From: Callorhinchus milii
Taxonomy: Eukaryota
Direction: 5' to 3'
DNA: 64,000 nt
NCBI RefSeq assembly: GCF_018977255.1
Contig: NW_024704743.1
Location: forward strand, 46,192,001-46,256,000
Both the position numbers and the translations under genes were made by a program. The notes beneath the pieces were generated by a model, which worked only from the letters and a program-made list of their open reading frames with translations, searched no databases and was not told the DNA's origin. Position 1 is the first letter of the stretch, and every line of letters begins with the position of its first letter. Positions 1-12,529 of the stretch are shown here, piece after piece.

Positions 1-350
1 CCGAGGGGGAGCATATAGGTATTAAAGAGGAGAGGGCCAAGGACAGAGCCGTGGGGGACACCAGATGTGACAGTGCGGGGGCTGGAGGAGAAACTGTTAG
101 AGGCAACAAAGTGGAGACGATGAGAGAGATAGGAATCGAACCAGGTAAGGGCAGATCCGCAAAAATTAAGTAAAGAGGAGAGGCGGTGCATGAGGATGGA
201 GTGGTTGACAGTGTCGAAGGTGGCAGAGAGATCGAGGAGGACAAGAGGCAGAGGGAACCCTGATCACAGATGTTCAAAATGTCATTAGTGACTTTGACCA
301 GGGCTATTTCTGTGCTGTGGGCAGCGCGGAAGCCGGATTGGAGGGGTCGC
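1..350 (-). mobile_element. L2-clade LINE reverse transcriptase fragment, running off the window start
   Basis: Minus-strand translation with one frameshift reads QSGFRAAHSTEIALVKVTNDIL...LLVLLDLSATFDTVNHSIL...GVPHGSVLGPLLFNTYMLPLG, typical L2 RT motifs. Confidence 0.92.
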
Positions 351-362
351 TCAGCTAACAGT

Positions 363-620
363 GGCCTGCCTCATGCCCCTGCTCTATCCGCCCACCATTG
401 GTTGACAGGCTTTTAGCCATTCAGCCCCTGCTTTCTGGAACTCCATCTCAGAGTCCGTCTGCCTTCCTCCCTCCTCTCTTCAAGGTAATCTCAATACATC
501 CCTCTTCAATGGTCATCTTTTCCCTCTCCAACCCCATCGACTCTCTCCCCCAGCTCGGGTGACCATCCAGCAATGACATGAGATCCTCCTGACATGAAAG
601 GTGTTAAACGTAACCAGTAT
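363..620 (+). mobile_element. L2 LINE 3' end fragment, decayed
   Basis: Matches the other L2 3' ends here (ccaccattgg...ctggaactccatc...tgacatgaaaggtg tail). Confidence 0.75.
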
Positions 621-925
621 TTATTGTAATTGTATTTATTGTAATCCAAGTTTGTACGATGTACCTGAACAAATGTACCTGAATGTAACTTTTCCAGTTC
701 AGCTTTTAATATAGGGTTGTTTAATTAAATGTTAGATTATGGAGTGCTGATAAATAATCTTTTCTTCATTGTTAACATATTGAAAGATTTTCCACATAAT
801 CAGTTCTAATTTATAGGTTGTGTTAACCATGTGCAAAAGTCTCTGAACAATATCCTTAACCTCGAAAATCTCTCGAATCTTCCAACTTTTTGTTTGGCTT
901 CTGGAATGTGAGTGAATCATTGACA

Positions 926-1868
926 TAACAACAACAGAATTACATTTGTATAGCGACTTTCATGTTGGGAAGACGTCCCAAGGTGCTGGACAATCAGTGT
1001 TTCGGACCCGAACTGTGGGTCGGGATCAGGGAGGGTGGAGGGCAGGCGGGGAAGCAGGGTGACAGAAAGCATGGTCAAACAGGAGGGTTTTGAAGGAGGC
1101 AAGACGCTGACAGGAGCCAATCAGGAGAGCCTCAATCTTGTTGATGTTCAATTGTAGAAAGTTAGCTCTAATCCAGGACTTGATGTCTGACAGACATTCA
1201 GTCAGGACAGCAGTGGTCCTGGAGTCAAGGTTGGAGGCAGAGAAGTACAGTTAGGTGTCATCCACATACACGTGAAAATTGACCCCATGTCTGCAGATGT
1301 CACCAAGAGGGAGCATATAGATAGTGAAGAGGAGGAGATCAAAGATAGAGCTCTGAGTAACAGCACACAGGACATTGCGGGGGCTAGAGGAGAAACCATT
1401 TATGGAGATGAAGTGGAGATGGTGTGAAAAGTAGGATCTGAACCATTCAAGGACAGAATCATGAAGGTTGAGGTGAGAGGAGAGGCAGTGGAGGAGAATA
1501 GAGTGGTCAACGGCATTGAAGGCAGCAGAGAAGTCAAGGAGGACGAGGAGGCAGAGGGAGTCCTGGTTGCAGATGGACAAAAAACAGGGCTGTTTCCTTG
1601 CTGTGGGCAGCATGGAAACCTGATTGGAGGGGTTCGTGCAGGGGGTGGTGGGAGACGAAGGAGCAATGACTCATTCCAGGACCTTGGAAAGGAAAGGGAG
1701 GTTGGAGATGGGGCAGTAATTTGAGAGCAGTTCTGACGAAGGGTCATGGACCTAAAACCTTGGCCCACTTTTCTTTCTCCATAGATGCTGCCTGACCTGC
1801 TGAGTGTTCCCAGCGATCACTGTTTTTGTTTTTGAACTTGAGAGCAGGGATGGGTCTAGGGAGGGTAA
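926..1868 (-). mobile_element. L2 LINE (3' tail plus RT region), internally deleted and interrupted at 1731-1837
   Basis: (CAA)n plus stem-loop tail at 926-990; ORF 1251-1613 has LLVLLDFSAAFNAVDHSILL...FHVYVDDT; PSLDPSLLSNYCPISNLPFLSKVLE reads across the 1731-1837 insert. Confidence 0.9.
1731..1837 (+). mobile_element. Penelope-like terminal-repeat fragment with a degenerate hammerhead core and 10-bp TSD
   Basis: TTGAGAGCAG is duplicated at 1721-1730 and 1838-1847. The insert reads CTGACGA-AGGGTC-ATG-GACCT-AAAAC...GATGCTGCCTGACCTGCTGAG...TGTTTTTG, resembling chondrichthyan Penelope ends as I recall them. Confidence 0.7.
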
Positions 1869-1871
1869 CCT

Positions 1872-2070
1872 AAGAACATAAGAATTGCTAGATGAAAGAA
1901 GACCAAGGTCCACCCAGTTAGCCTTTGACCATCCTAGCAGTCACATGCACATGTCATGTCCCAAATGATATACTGTATTCCAAGATATTATTTTCTAAAA
2001 GAAATTATCGAATTTGTTTTTGAAAGAATCAACACTTCCTGCTTCCATTGTCTCCCTAGGGAGCCTGTTC
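1872..2070 (-). mobile_element. CR1 LINE 3' end
   Basis: AAGAACATAAGAA tail; reverse complement of the CR1 3' UTR at 11930-12012 and 61600-61685. Confidence 0.8.
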
Positions 2071-2699
2071 CTACTTGCTCACATGCTGATTTATATGCAA
2101 ATTGCCGCTCATGTATTACCTCTGGGAAGGGCTCTGGGATGTTACCTTGTGTGAAGAGTGCTAAATAAATGCAAATTGTTGTTGTTGTTATACCTCTGAC
2201 CAGCAACAGATGAACTCAGCGTGGTGCTGTATATATGTAATGTGCTTCACAAAGTCCTGTTTTTTTATAACCAAATATGTCCCCTGGTCCCAGAACTGTT
2301 CAAATTTGTTGCTAGCAATTTGAGAGTGCAGCAGGTCTGCTGTGAAAAAGTACTAACAGCTAGCTTTAACATTGGAAGAAAATAGCAGAATTTTAATAAT
2401 TTAACCACTTATTGGCGTGTGAATTTTTCACAGAAAGTTTCCTTCTGTTTTTTGACACAACAGTAGATTCTGAAATATAGAGCCATAAAATACAATGTTT
2501 TTTTTAAAAAATGGAATAAAAACTTACTTTAATGCTTCTTACCCAATCTCAAATTAGACCCCAGGGAGTGTTAGTTGATATACTGCTAACTATACCTGTG
2601 GAAAAACTGTTACTGACAAAAATACATGTATTTTCCCTGTTGGGCAGTTTGAATAGATTTAAAAGTAGTAAAATCCATTGAGTACATTTTATGCATTGT

Positions 2700-3060
2700 G
2701 ATGGACACATTTCTCTTGTTCCCAATATTGGGGCAAGAACCCTGAAAACAAAATCAATAACTCAGCAAAGGTCAGGTAGAAGTGAGATCAGAAAATCTTA
2801 TTTCACACAGAGGGCTGTAAGAATGTGAGAATCAACGCCTCAGAGGCTGTAGATGCAGAATTAATTGGGATGTTTAAAAGGTAGGGGCATAGACAGACAG
2901 ATGGATGAATGAAGAGCTGGCAAATGGATGGGCACACATAAGCACATATACATACATACTTGGGAAGTTGGGCGGTAAGAGGTGTGTAAATGGGATTAAA
3001 AAAACTCTGTTGTGATCTGATATATTGATTCAATGGGCTGAATGACCTCTGAATATTCCT
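2700..3060 (+). mobile_element. Old CR1 3' fragment
   Basis: ttcacacagagggctgtaagaatgtg (FTQRVV..W-like) and aatgggctgaatgacct 3' UTR motif. Confidence 0.65.
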
Positions 3061-3299
3061 AATTTCATTTGTTCTGTTTTTTAAATCTTGTAGATGTTAC
3101 ACATTAAAAAGACTTGTTGAAAATATTTCATTCCAACATGTGTAGTTGAGAAGCTCATCCCACTAAATAAAGAATTTCAAGCCATAACTGTGACCTCGTT
3201 ATGAATGTATTTCTCAATAATAGTGGAGATGAGGCAGACTTGTGTCTGGTTCCAGAGCTTGGGGTACGTGGTGCCCAGTTTCTCCCTTTTGTGCCCAGT

Positions 3300-3485
3300 T
3301 CTAGTCATTACAATGAGGAATCCATGTCAATTCTTTCAAAAAGATAAGGGAAGTTGTCCCAATATCCTGGCCAACAATCCTCTAGATAAGTTGGATATTC
3401 ACATCATTAGCTATTTGTGGTACCTTGCTTTGTACAAAGTACTGTAAGATGCTTTTGAAACATTTTGAGATGATAAGGTGCTACA
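3300..3485 (+). mobile_element. Decayed Deu-domain SINE fragment
   Basis: atccatg...agggaagttgtccc...tcctggccaaca...ttgtggtaccttgct, like the other Deu-domain copies. Confidence 0.6.
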
Positions 3486-3899
3486 GGTTCTTTCATCTTT
3501 TGGATAATACTTACAAAATACTTAGATAATCTCTTTAGATTTAGAGAATTTAAGATGTTACTGCCTTCCATCATTAGCCATCAATTTATCACAATTGGAA
3601 AATAGTGGGGACCCAGGTCCAATGACCAACTCATTTCCCATGTGCTGGTATCAGCTATTAATTTCATAGCGCTCAAATATAGGAGAGAAAATTAGGCCTG
3701 GCAGTAGATCACATCTACTGCCTATGATAACACCATCAATCTCTTCCACTGAGGAAAATAGCACTGTTCTTCACACAGTTTTAACTTAAAGAAAAGAATT
3801 TTCCCTCTGCCACTTGTATCACATCAATAGATATTGCACAAGGAATAAAGGAAGATGTATTTGTAGCTGAAGAAGGATGGCAAACAGAATATGGGACAG

Positions 3900-4240
3900 A
3901 TCATAGATCCATAGGATTGTGCAGAATTGGAAAAGCTCATTGCAGTCCATCTGTATTGGTTCCAAATGAACAAGAAATAATTCTACACTATTTTATCTCG
4001 TATTTGACAAAAGATTTCCTTGCCAAATAACTATCTACTGTATTTTTTTTGAATTTGCTGACGCAATCTGCTTACACCAGCTCCCTGGATAATCTGTTCC
4101 ACACATTTGCCACTCTTTCTGTTAAGGAAATCTGAACAGTCTGTTCAACTTTCCTCTTCTGGGCTTGTCAGTGTCCCCTTGTTTCAAATTTATTGACCTT
4201 ATTAAACATATTAACATTTAGCTTATCCATGCAATAGATA
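3900..4240 (-). mobile_element. Old CR1 3' fragment
   Basis: catagat tail and ctgttccacacatttgccactct (antisense RVVNLWN region). Confidence 0.6.
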
Positions 4241-4319
4241 TCATTAGGTGTTATTCTATTATGGAGGTTGAGCTATTTGCAGCAAAGTGATGTACGTAAC
4301 AATGAAGCATCGGAAATAA

Positions 4320-4700
4320 TTGATCCTCTGTGGTCGTCCCTGTGATCTGGTTCCTGAGCCAGATCGTTCTCCAAAATTCAAGACATTGTTGATGATAGAT
4401 CAGCCAGCTTGGCTCAGCAGCAGGATTTGAAGGGGCCAGGCTAATCACTATGGGCAAGAGATTCTACTGTGGCAGGCACACAGTTTTGGTTGGTTAAACT
4501 GCAATAATACCACAATGCACAATCTGGGTTCCCCAAAGTCTTGGCTCTTGCCAACATGTGCCTAGTTCTTTCTGGAATTAGATGAGCACTTCATTCCAGC
4601 CAAAAGAAAATGTTCATGTATATATGGAACTCTTCAGTTTGGTTTGGATACTCTTAAGCACAATGATGAGTTTCTGCATGCGTCAGACACCCGGCTGACC
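4320..4700 (-). repeat. Unclassified interspersed repeat, family U; strand relative to the 5800 copy
   Basis: Shares blocks with 5800-6000, 12060-12180, 30870-31020, 39700-40135, 40740-41170, 49030-49140, 49310-49410 and 51290-51360 (e.g. ccccaagccttggctcttgcc; cctgagccag). Confidence 0.7.
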
Positions 4701-5799
4701 AAATATATTGTGAAAGTCTGGAATTAAACTTCCTTTCTAGCAAAGCGGAGTGATCCTGCTCACTTCACAAGATTGCAAGAGAGGTTCAGATAAAGAAATT
4801 GCTTTCGTCATTTGATCATATAAATCCAGAATACAGACCCCTACTGTCTTCCTATTACAGTATCAAGCTTTTTTAAAAAAAATGAGTCCACAGTCATGCT
4901 CTTAAACACCCTTACTGGTAACTTGTTCCGGTTATTAATTACTCTTTGTGTGAAGAAATATTTCTTCAGAGCTGAAATTACCGTGACATTCCATGCAGTG
5001 GCATTGATAGTGTTAGCTTTAATTCCCCATTATAATCTTGCAGTGTTAAAGTTGCTACACACAACTGCGACTGGTATTTCAGTTCTCTGGGATCTATCCC
5101 AAAATTGCCCTTCACAACTCTGAACCTGTATCCTATTGTCCTAATGCCTTGGAATATCTGAATGTAACCTTGGCTCAGAACCATCCCTGTACTGACTTTT
5201 GGCAGGAGACCATTTAACTGCACGACATTTACAATAACATTGTTTCTAATTTAGTGAAACATCTACAAATTCAACTGGGAACCAGGCTGCAATATTAGCT
5301 GGGCAATTACTATTGCTCTCTAATTATTTGTAAATTGATGCATCCACATTTACTGTATGAAGACTAAGGGAACTAATCTACAAAGTAATCTACTAGCCGC
5401 CAATCATCTACAGAAAAGATTGGACCTATGAAATTCTAATGTGAATACACGTTACAGTGTGATAAATTGCCTCCTCATAAATGGTCTTTGCATTAATTAT
5501 TAGAGATAAATTATCTCATGTTGGAAATATTATGATCAACTGAATCACAGTAAATCTGATAATTTACTGCTACGAACTTCAAAGGGAGACTGCAATGCTG
5601 ATAACTGGTGCTTTTATTACATTCACAAAGGAGCTGGTGTAACATATACTTTTCAAGACCAGCTTCCAAAGTAATCTGGAGGCAGATGAGTCCTCCATAC
5701 AAACCTCACAATCTATCTATCTCTGTTTGAAAGAGGATTAATTTCAGTTTTAAGTCTACACCATGTAGGTCAACCTCTGTCTTGCATTAGCTTTACCTC

Positions 5800-6000
5800 A
5801 CTAGACCATGGACCCGCCTGGCTCAGGAACTGGACTACCGAGACCGTCACAGAGGGCTGGCTCAATTCCAATATTCCGTTGCCAAATGTGTCACCGTGGA
5901 GTCAGTTCATCTCCAAGGAGACCCCGCTTACCTCCCTCACAAGGATGATAGTCAATGGTTGGGGACATTCTCTACTTTTCCGTTGCTCGGCATCTGATCC
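5800..6000 (+). repeat. Family U fragment
   Basis: tggacccgcctggctcaggaactggactaccgagacc matches 49357-49390 and the reverse complement of 40760-40800. Confidence 0.7.
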
Positions 6001-6056
6001 CGACAGTATGAGTCTTAGAGTTTATCATACATGAAGGGCACTATATAAATGTAAAT

Positions 6057-6380
6057 GGAGTCCTGTAGCTCAGTGGTTAGAGCACTCGCTTTGCAAGCGA
6101 GAGACCTGAGTTCAATTCCAGGCAGAGGGCGAAACCTTGGGCAAGTTTCCTTACTCCACACAGAGCCTAATAATAATCCCTCCAAAACCCAAAACAATAA
6201 TAAATTGGTCATTTTCAATCCATGACTGTTTGTGGGACATTGCTGTGCGCAATTGGCTGTCGCGTTCGCCCACAAATATACAGTCAATTCACTTTACAGT
6301 GTGTTCTGTGAAGCGCTTTGGGACGTCTTCCCGATGTGAAAAGCGCTATATCAAATGCAAGGATTATTATTATTATTATT
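6057..6380 (+). mobile_element. Young full-length tRNA-derived SINE (Ala-TGC-like head, Deu-like core, L2 tail), short subtype
   Basis: A box TAGCTCAGTGG, anticodon arm CTCGC-TTTGCAA-GCGAG, B box GAGTTCAATTCC, L2-type stem-loop tail and (TAT)n end. Inserted in an L2 tail with a TAAAT duplication; near-identical to 49699-50018. Confidence 0.95.
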
Positions 6381-6779
6381 AAATTGTTATTGATTATAAA
6401 TGGGAAGTTGAAGGAAGATATAAATTATCGTTTTGATGCTAAGAATAATCTTTAACATTCATTTAAAATCCTTTGCATTAACCTTTTATTTATAATAATA
6501 ATCTTTACATTTTATTTAGCACCTTATCAAGTAACAAAGTAACTCAAAGTGCTTCACAGGATTTATTGTAGAGGGTAGTGACTGTATTTTGTAGACGATT
6601 TTCTGTATTAGTTCATGAGAAACCATTTTTAGTATATTATCGCACTACTTACTCACACTTTGAATTGCTGTTAATTTTAGTCCTTGAGAATTATAGGTTT
6701 GGGATCAAGAGTAGTAAGCTCAATATTAATGCTTCAATGTAATTAAGTATTGGTGATGCCCTGGAATCACTACTACTAA

Positions 6780-7200
6780 TAATCCCTGCATTTGGTATAC
6801 AAGCATTGTCTATCACACTGAAAGTCTCAATGTGATTCACAGGTAATTGCTGTCAAGGATAATGACTGTATTTGTAGGCAAACACAGCAGCCAGTTTGCA
6901 CAGCAATTTCCCATAAACAGCATGAAGTGAATGACCAATTTATCTGCGGGATTGTTGGCCAGGACAGTGGAAGAAATTCCCTTCTCTTTTTGAAGAATGT
7001 CACAGAATCATTAACAACCACCTGAACACATAGACGAGACCTTGGTTTAACATTTCATCTGAAGGACTGCACCTCCAATAATAGAGCACTAACTTATTAG
7101 TGCTTTGGAGTGTTAGACTTGATTGTGAGCTCTGGTTAAAATACAAGGTGATCCCACAAACCTCTGACCGAGTGCTGGGAGTGCTACCAACTGAGCTAAG
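6780..7200 (-). mobile_element. Older DeuSINE (AmnSINE1/SacSINE1-like)
   Basis: ttggccaggaca...ccttggtttaacatttcatctgaaggactgcacctcc...gtgctaccaactgagc: antisense Deu domain plus tRNA head. Confidence 0.8.
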
Positions 7201-9949
7201 ATAATATCATCAACAAAAGCCGGAGGACATGACTTCTGATTGGATGCATATTAGGTTTTGCAATACAATAATATACATTTTATAATAATAATCCTTGCAT
7301 TTGATAGAGCACCTTATCAAACATCAATACGTCTCAAATGCTTAGTGTACACACTTTGTACTGTATTGTATTGTACTGTAAAATGGATTGACTGTGCATT
7401 TTGTGGGCAAAATTTTACATTTATATAGCACCATTCACATTGAGAAGACGGCTTAAAGTGCTTAACAATCCTGGCTTGGTACTGAGTTATAGATGGAAGC
7501 TGAAAGATGACCGAAAGGCCAGTCAAAGAGGTGCACCTTGAGGTAGTTTTATGCATCATTTAATTTGTTTAGCATCTTCTGTGCTCTGGCAGGCATTCAA
7601 GTCAGCTTGACTTGGAGGTAAGCATCATGACAAAAGTATGGCCGGTGGGCATTTGCCGCTGTAATGAGTTAGTCACACATTTTAACAGCCTGGATGAGCA
7701 GATAAAGTGATGTAATAGTGTATTGTACCGTAGATTCAGCTGTGAAGAGTGGGAAAAGGATTGGGCTGTGTTTTATTTAGCAAAGCAATGTCACCCTAAA
7801 TGGGATGAAGACATTTCCAGTTTGTAAATGGAGCAGGAATATAATTGTGTCTATTGTTATTAATGGAAGCAATGACTGAATGTCCATGAGTAAGAGGGTG
7901 GAGAACAGCTGCAAACTTTGGAAAATTATATGTGCCAGGTCAACTGGCTGGATGAACAGTTACAGTTAATCGAGTGCAAAAGTGGTGAGACAGTATAAAA
8001 AAGGATAATTATATGTTAGGGAAATGCAGTAAATAATTGAATACTGTGTAACAAGTACTTATAATATCTAGCAATAGTGCGGGTATATTCTGAAAATTGT
8101 AGGTAGCAGGAACAACATCCATCAAGTGAATCAATGGAAAATTTGAAGTCAAATTTGCGGTATTCTGAAACATATTCTGTTCCTTTATTTTTGGAAACAA
8201 GATTAAAGCATGTTTGGGAAATAATGAGAAATAATAACTAGTGTACATCTGCAATATTGTTTGTGCCTTAGTTCATGCTTGTGCCTGATATGAAGCCATA
8301 TAATACAGCCATTCACTTTTCATAAATATAACAAACCCTGCAGTAGATTCTATATCACAATTCAATGCTGCATAGCCGTTGAAGAAACTAGATAAATATG
8401 TGTGCATATTTAGAAACTTAAATAAATTCCATAACATTTTGGGCAAGATCAACTTTTAAGAAATCTTTAACATTTCTACACAACAAATTGTTAATTGACA
8501 GCTTATTTGACAAATTTATGTGCATTGCAAATGATCTAATTTCACTGAATTCGTTTTGTCTCCATAGTGCATCTTGTGCAGCTAACCGGCTTTTTATGGG
8601 TTACTTGGTCTGCATTCCAGCTTGGTGCCATAACTATCACATTTTCCTCATCAACAAATTGAGAATTTGTGGGCAAATTTTTGCAATTTTTCTGAAAGTA
8701 TTTCTCAATTTAAAAACTGAGTGAGGAATGCTTCAGTAACTGGAAGTGTGTCAAATCCGTGCCTCCGACCAGAGGAAACGCCCCTTCAAAAAGAGATTGA
8801 GTTGGAGCAATGATCCCCTGAGGTGGTGTCATGGGTTTCTTAATTAAGACATCCATTCAGTAATACTGCAAAATAGGCTTCTAATTTTGACCTGGTGAAG
8901 GTGATTATGTGAGGAGAGTGCTGCAATTCATCAGTGGGTTAAGAGGAAAGTGGATTTTGTTGAGGAAGCTAATCCCTCAACAGGTGGTGGAGTCACAGCT
9001 AGGTTGACAGCCGCTGTTCTAATAAGAACCCAGATACACATGCCCCTCAGTCACTAGTTGCAGCCAGAATCCATGATACCATAGCCATCCTCAGTTGCAT
9101 ATGCAGTTGAACAAAAAAAGCAGAATACAGATATTTAGAAATAAGAGGAGGCCTTTCTCCTATTGAGTCTGTTCCATGAGATGGTAAAAAATATTTGAAA
9201 TCCATTTCTTTCTTTTCTCCATATCTCTTCCCAAATACTATATTTCTCCTTTTTACTTTTCCTTTCCATTTTTTTCTGCCTATATGGTCTTCTTGTCCAG
9301 TCATGTTGTCATATTCATAAAATGCTTAAGTGCAATTTCCAAATGTCACCAAAGTGTGAATAAAGGCCCGAGAGTGAAAATAATATTCCTTGTATTTGAC
9401 ATAAAACCTCGAGTTTGGTATCTAGTGTGATGTGTGAATATCACAAAAAAGATAGCAAAACAAAAGTTACAACTCCCACCCCTTTTGTGTCCTTTGCAAA
9501 TTACACCTCAATGCAGGTAATTGATCCCAACAAGACTGATGCACAATATCCTATTTTATCTTAACAGGATAACTTGCCTCATTAGTGGGTAACATTAGTA
9601 GATTACAGTTATCAGTGGGCAGAGTTAGCTGATTCTAATCCTTTACATTGGTTGTTAATTGTGGAATTAGAGAGCCATGCAATTCCTTCTGTATGCAAAT
9701 AGTTAACACAATGCGCAAATTAGGTCCCAGCATTCCACCTAAATCATTTGACCAAGAACAAACAGGTGTCATTTTGCTTGGGAAACTGATTCCTTTTCAG
9801 GAAGAGGATTGCTGCCATGAAGAATCCATTTTCTCCCATCTCCTTCAGTTTTCAGGAATCTTTCAACCTTGAGGCATTCAGCAATTCTACTTTCAGACCT
9901 GGAAATAAATAACATGTGCCTAGATTAAATTCTGCACAAGCTGGTTACT

Positions 9950-10290
9950 GAAGCCCTGCTTTGTCCGTAGCCTGGGCACGCTTCTGCTCTTCACGGATGT
10001 CAAGACTGATGTTCTTCTGGATTGCTAAATTGTATAGAGACAGCACACAGCTTGTGGGTACCTCATCTATCCAAGTGATGGAATGTAAGTTTCACTATGC
10101 ATAGTAATTGCAATGTGGCTAGGTGCACATCTCTCTGCGTGCACTCAACCGTGCAAATGTTTTTTTCTTTGGCTGCCTTTGTTGACTTCTGTGCTTCATT
10201 ATATTGTGATGCAGTGGATTACAAATCTGTATCTGCAGACTGGATTTTAGGCCATTCCTGTGACCAACCAGGCCTGCGGAGTCTTAAATA
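9950..10290 (-). pseudogene. PIF/Harbinger transposase fossil, C-terminal part
   Basis: With frameshifts reads QYNEAQKSTKAAKEK-TFARLSAR and SCVLSLYNLAI, cf. Harbinger YNxAHxxTRxxIExTFGRLKxR and CCVLHNLA. Confidence 0.55.
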
Positions 10291-10479
10291 CAGGTAACAA
10301 ATCGGTTCAGGAATTGATCACTCCAATTATTCCAAGGACTATGTCTCCGGGGGTGGGGGGTGGAGCACAGAGGGATCTTCTTTAAGCTGAACTGGCTCCA
10401 AGGTGACGTACTTGGAAACATATTTTGAATGTCAGAATCGAGTCAACCCTCTGTGACAGTTAGTTCTTTTCCTCCAGGT

Positions 10480-12012
10480 TTTGGGACCTCTTTTATTTAA
10501 CATCTCCATAACCATAAACCACCAGGAATCACAAGCACAGTGGCTAAATTTGCAGATGACACAAAGCTAATGAAAAGTGGTAGACTGCAAAGATGAACAG
10601 GAAAGGTTACAGGAAGACTTGAACATTCTTGGGAATTGGGCAGATTGATGGCATATGAAATTTAATGTAATGTAGAGAAATGCAAAGTGCTTCACATGGG
10701 GACAAAAAATCCAGGAAGGGACTATTATTTAAATGGTAAGAAAATTATCTGTACGGAAAATTAAAAGGACTTGGGCATCCTGATTGATAATAAAATTAAG
10801 CTATCCCAACAGTGCTCGGTAGAAGTGAGTAAGGCTGTATTAACAGGGCAATATTGAGACAAAATAGTGAGGTAATCCTGCCACTTTATAAATCACTGGT
10901 ACAACCGCACTTGGAATACTGTATGCAGTTCTAGTCACTGCAATATAAAAAGGATATTGCAGTGATTGAGAGGATAAAAAGGAGGGAAACCAAAATGATT
11001 GAGGGGTTGGAGGGACTGAACTACGAGGAGCGATTAGATTAGATCATGTTCACACTGGAGAAGAGAAGGTTGAAGGGCGAAATGTTTCGGTCTTTAAGAT
11101 TCTGAAGTGAATAGATAATGTCGACCACGACAAGCTGTTTTATCTCGTACTGAACAGTAGAACCAGAGAACATGTCCTACGACTGAAGGGGGGTAAATTC
11201 AGAACAAATCTGCGGAAACACTACTTCAATGAATGAGTAGTAAACTTCATAGAATTATACAGCACAGAAGGAGGCCATTCGGCCCCTCGTGTCTGTGCTG
11301 GCTCTTTGAAAGGAGCTATCGAAATCCATCCCACTCCCCCACGCTCTCCCCATAGTCCTGTTAACTTGTCCTCCCCAAATAATTATCTACTTCTCTCTTA
11401 AAAGTTGATATTGAATCGGCTTCCACCACTCTTTCAGGCAATGCATTCCAGATCCAAGCAACTTGCTGTGTGAAATAATGTCTCCTCACCTCACCTCTTT
11501 CTTTTAAAAACTATCTTAAACGGTGTCCTTGGGTTACCAACCCACCCGCCAGTGGAAATAGTTTCTCCTTGTTCACCCTAGCGAATCTTCTCATAATTTT
11601 GAAAACTTGTATTAAGCCTCCTCTTAACCTTCTCTGCTCCAAGGAGAATAATCCTAGCTTCTCTAGCCTCTCTTGATAACTGAAGTCTCTCATTCCTGAT
11701 ACCATCCTTTGCACCCTCTCTAATGCCTTGACATACTTCCTAATATGTGGTACCCATAACTGACCATAGTACTCTAGGTGAGACCTAACCAGTGTTTTAT
11801 AAAGGTAACTTATGGAAGAGGCTCCCTAGGGAGACGGTGGAAGCAGAAAATATAATTTGTTTCAAGAACAAATTAAATAGATTTCTGTTAGAAAATAATA
11901 TCTTGGGATACAATATAGAGTTTAGGACACATGTCAAGCGACTGCCAGGATGGTGGAAGGTAAATTAGATGGACCTTGGTCTTCTTTCGCCTAGCAAATT
12001 CTTATGTTCTTA
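10480..12012 (+). mobile_element. CR1 LINE 3' portion, interrupted by an antisense CR1
   Basis: KFADDTKL, LYKSLVQPHLEYC motifs; ends in TTCTTATGTTCTTATG; the VVNLWKRLP reading resumes after 11803. Confidence 0.92.
11247..11803 (-). mobile_element. CR1 3' fragment of a second family nested in the CR1 above
   Basis: ORF 11511-11714 (SYQERLEKLGLFSLEQRRLRG); CATAGAA tail; near-TSD GTAAACTT / GTAACTT. Confidence 0.92.
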
Positions 12013-12529
12013 TGGAAGGTCAGACACTGGGAGCAGATATTCTTCTCACTTGGCTTCTATAAATCTGCAAAAGCCCTAGAGGGTAGGGTGGTCCTCACTG
12101 CACAAACAGTGGGAAGCTTTCCAAACCGTGCTCTCGGTGGCAAAATATGTGGTTTTAGCTCAACCATCCTCAGCTCCTCCCTCACTACAGCCCCACCAGC
12201 CACTGCTGTGTGAAGCACTTTGATACATCCTCATGATGTGACAGCCTTCATATAAATGTAAATTGTTGTGGATATTTACAGTCTACAGTGAATGAAACCT
12301 GTGTGCTCGCTGCAATGGATTTTATGTTGCGGAGTACAATATCATGTTATAATTGCCAAGTGCAAACCTAGTTGCTGAATTTTACAAACCCCTGAATTTT
12401 ACAACAACAACTTACAAATATATTTGCCCTTCATGCAGGGTGACATTTCGGAGTGCTTAATAGTGGTGGAGTTTGATACCGAGCCAGGGAGAGAGGGGTG
12501 ATGAAGGACTTCCTTGCTTGTGTTATTAC

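Noticed and set aside
3094..3145. Acceptor-like ttttaaatcttgtag followed by a short open frame
   Set aside because: Stops after 16 codons, no clear donor and no recognisable protein.
3700..3722. 10-bp perfect hairpin GGCAGTAGAT/ATCTACTGCC
   Set aside because: Short, and probably the centre of a decayed MITE.
6057..6130. tRNA-Ala/Val-like sequences (also at 49699, 62007, 63599)
   Set aside because: No proper acceptor stem, and each continues into SINE body and tail; these are SINE heads, not tRNA genes.
6137..6382. Near-identical 81-85 aa ORFs at 6137 and 49776, related one at 63565
   Set aside because: Incidental translations of the SINE body.
9971..10084. 114-nt plus-strand exon-like segment with an open frame
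   Set aside because: Better explained as the antisense of the Harbinger fossil; no other support.
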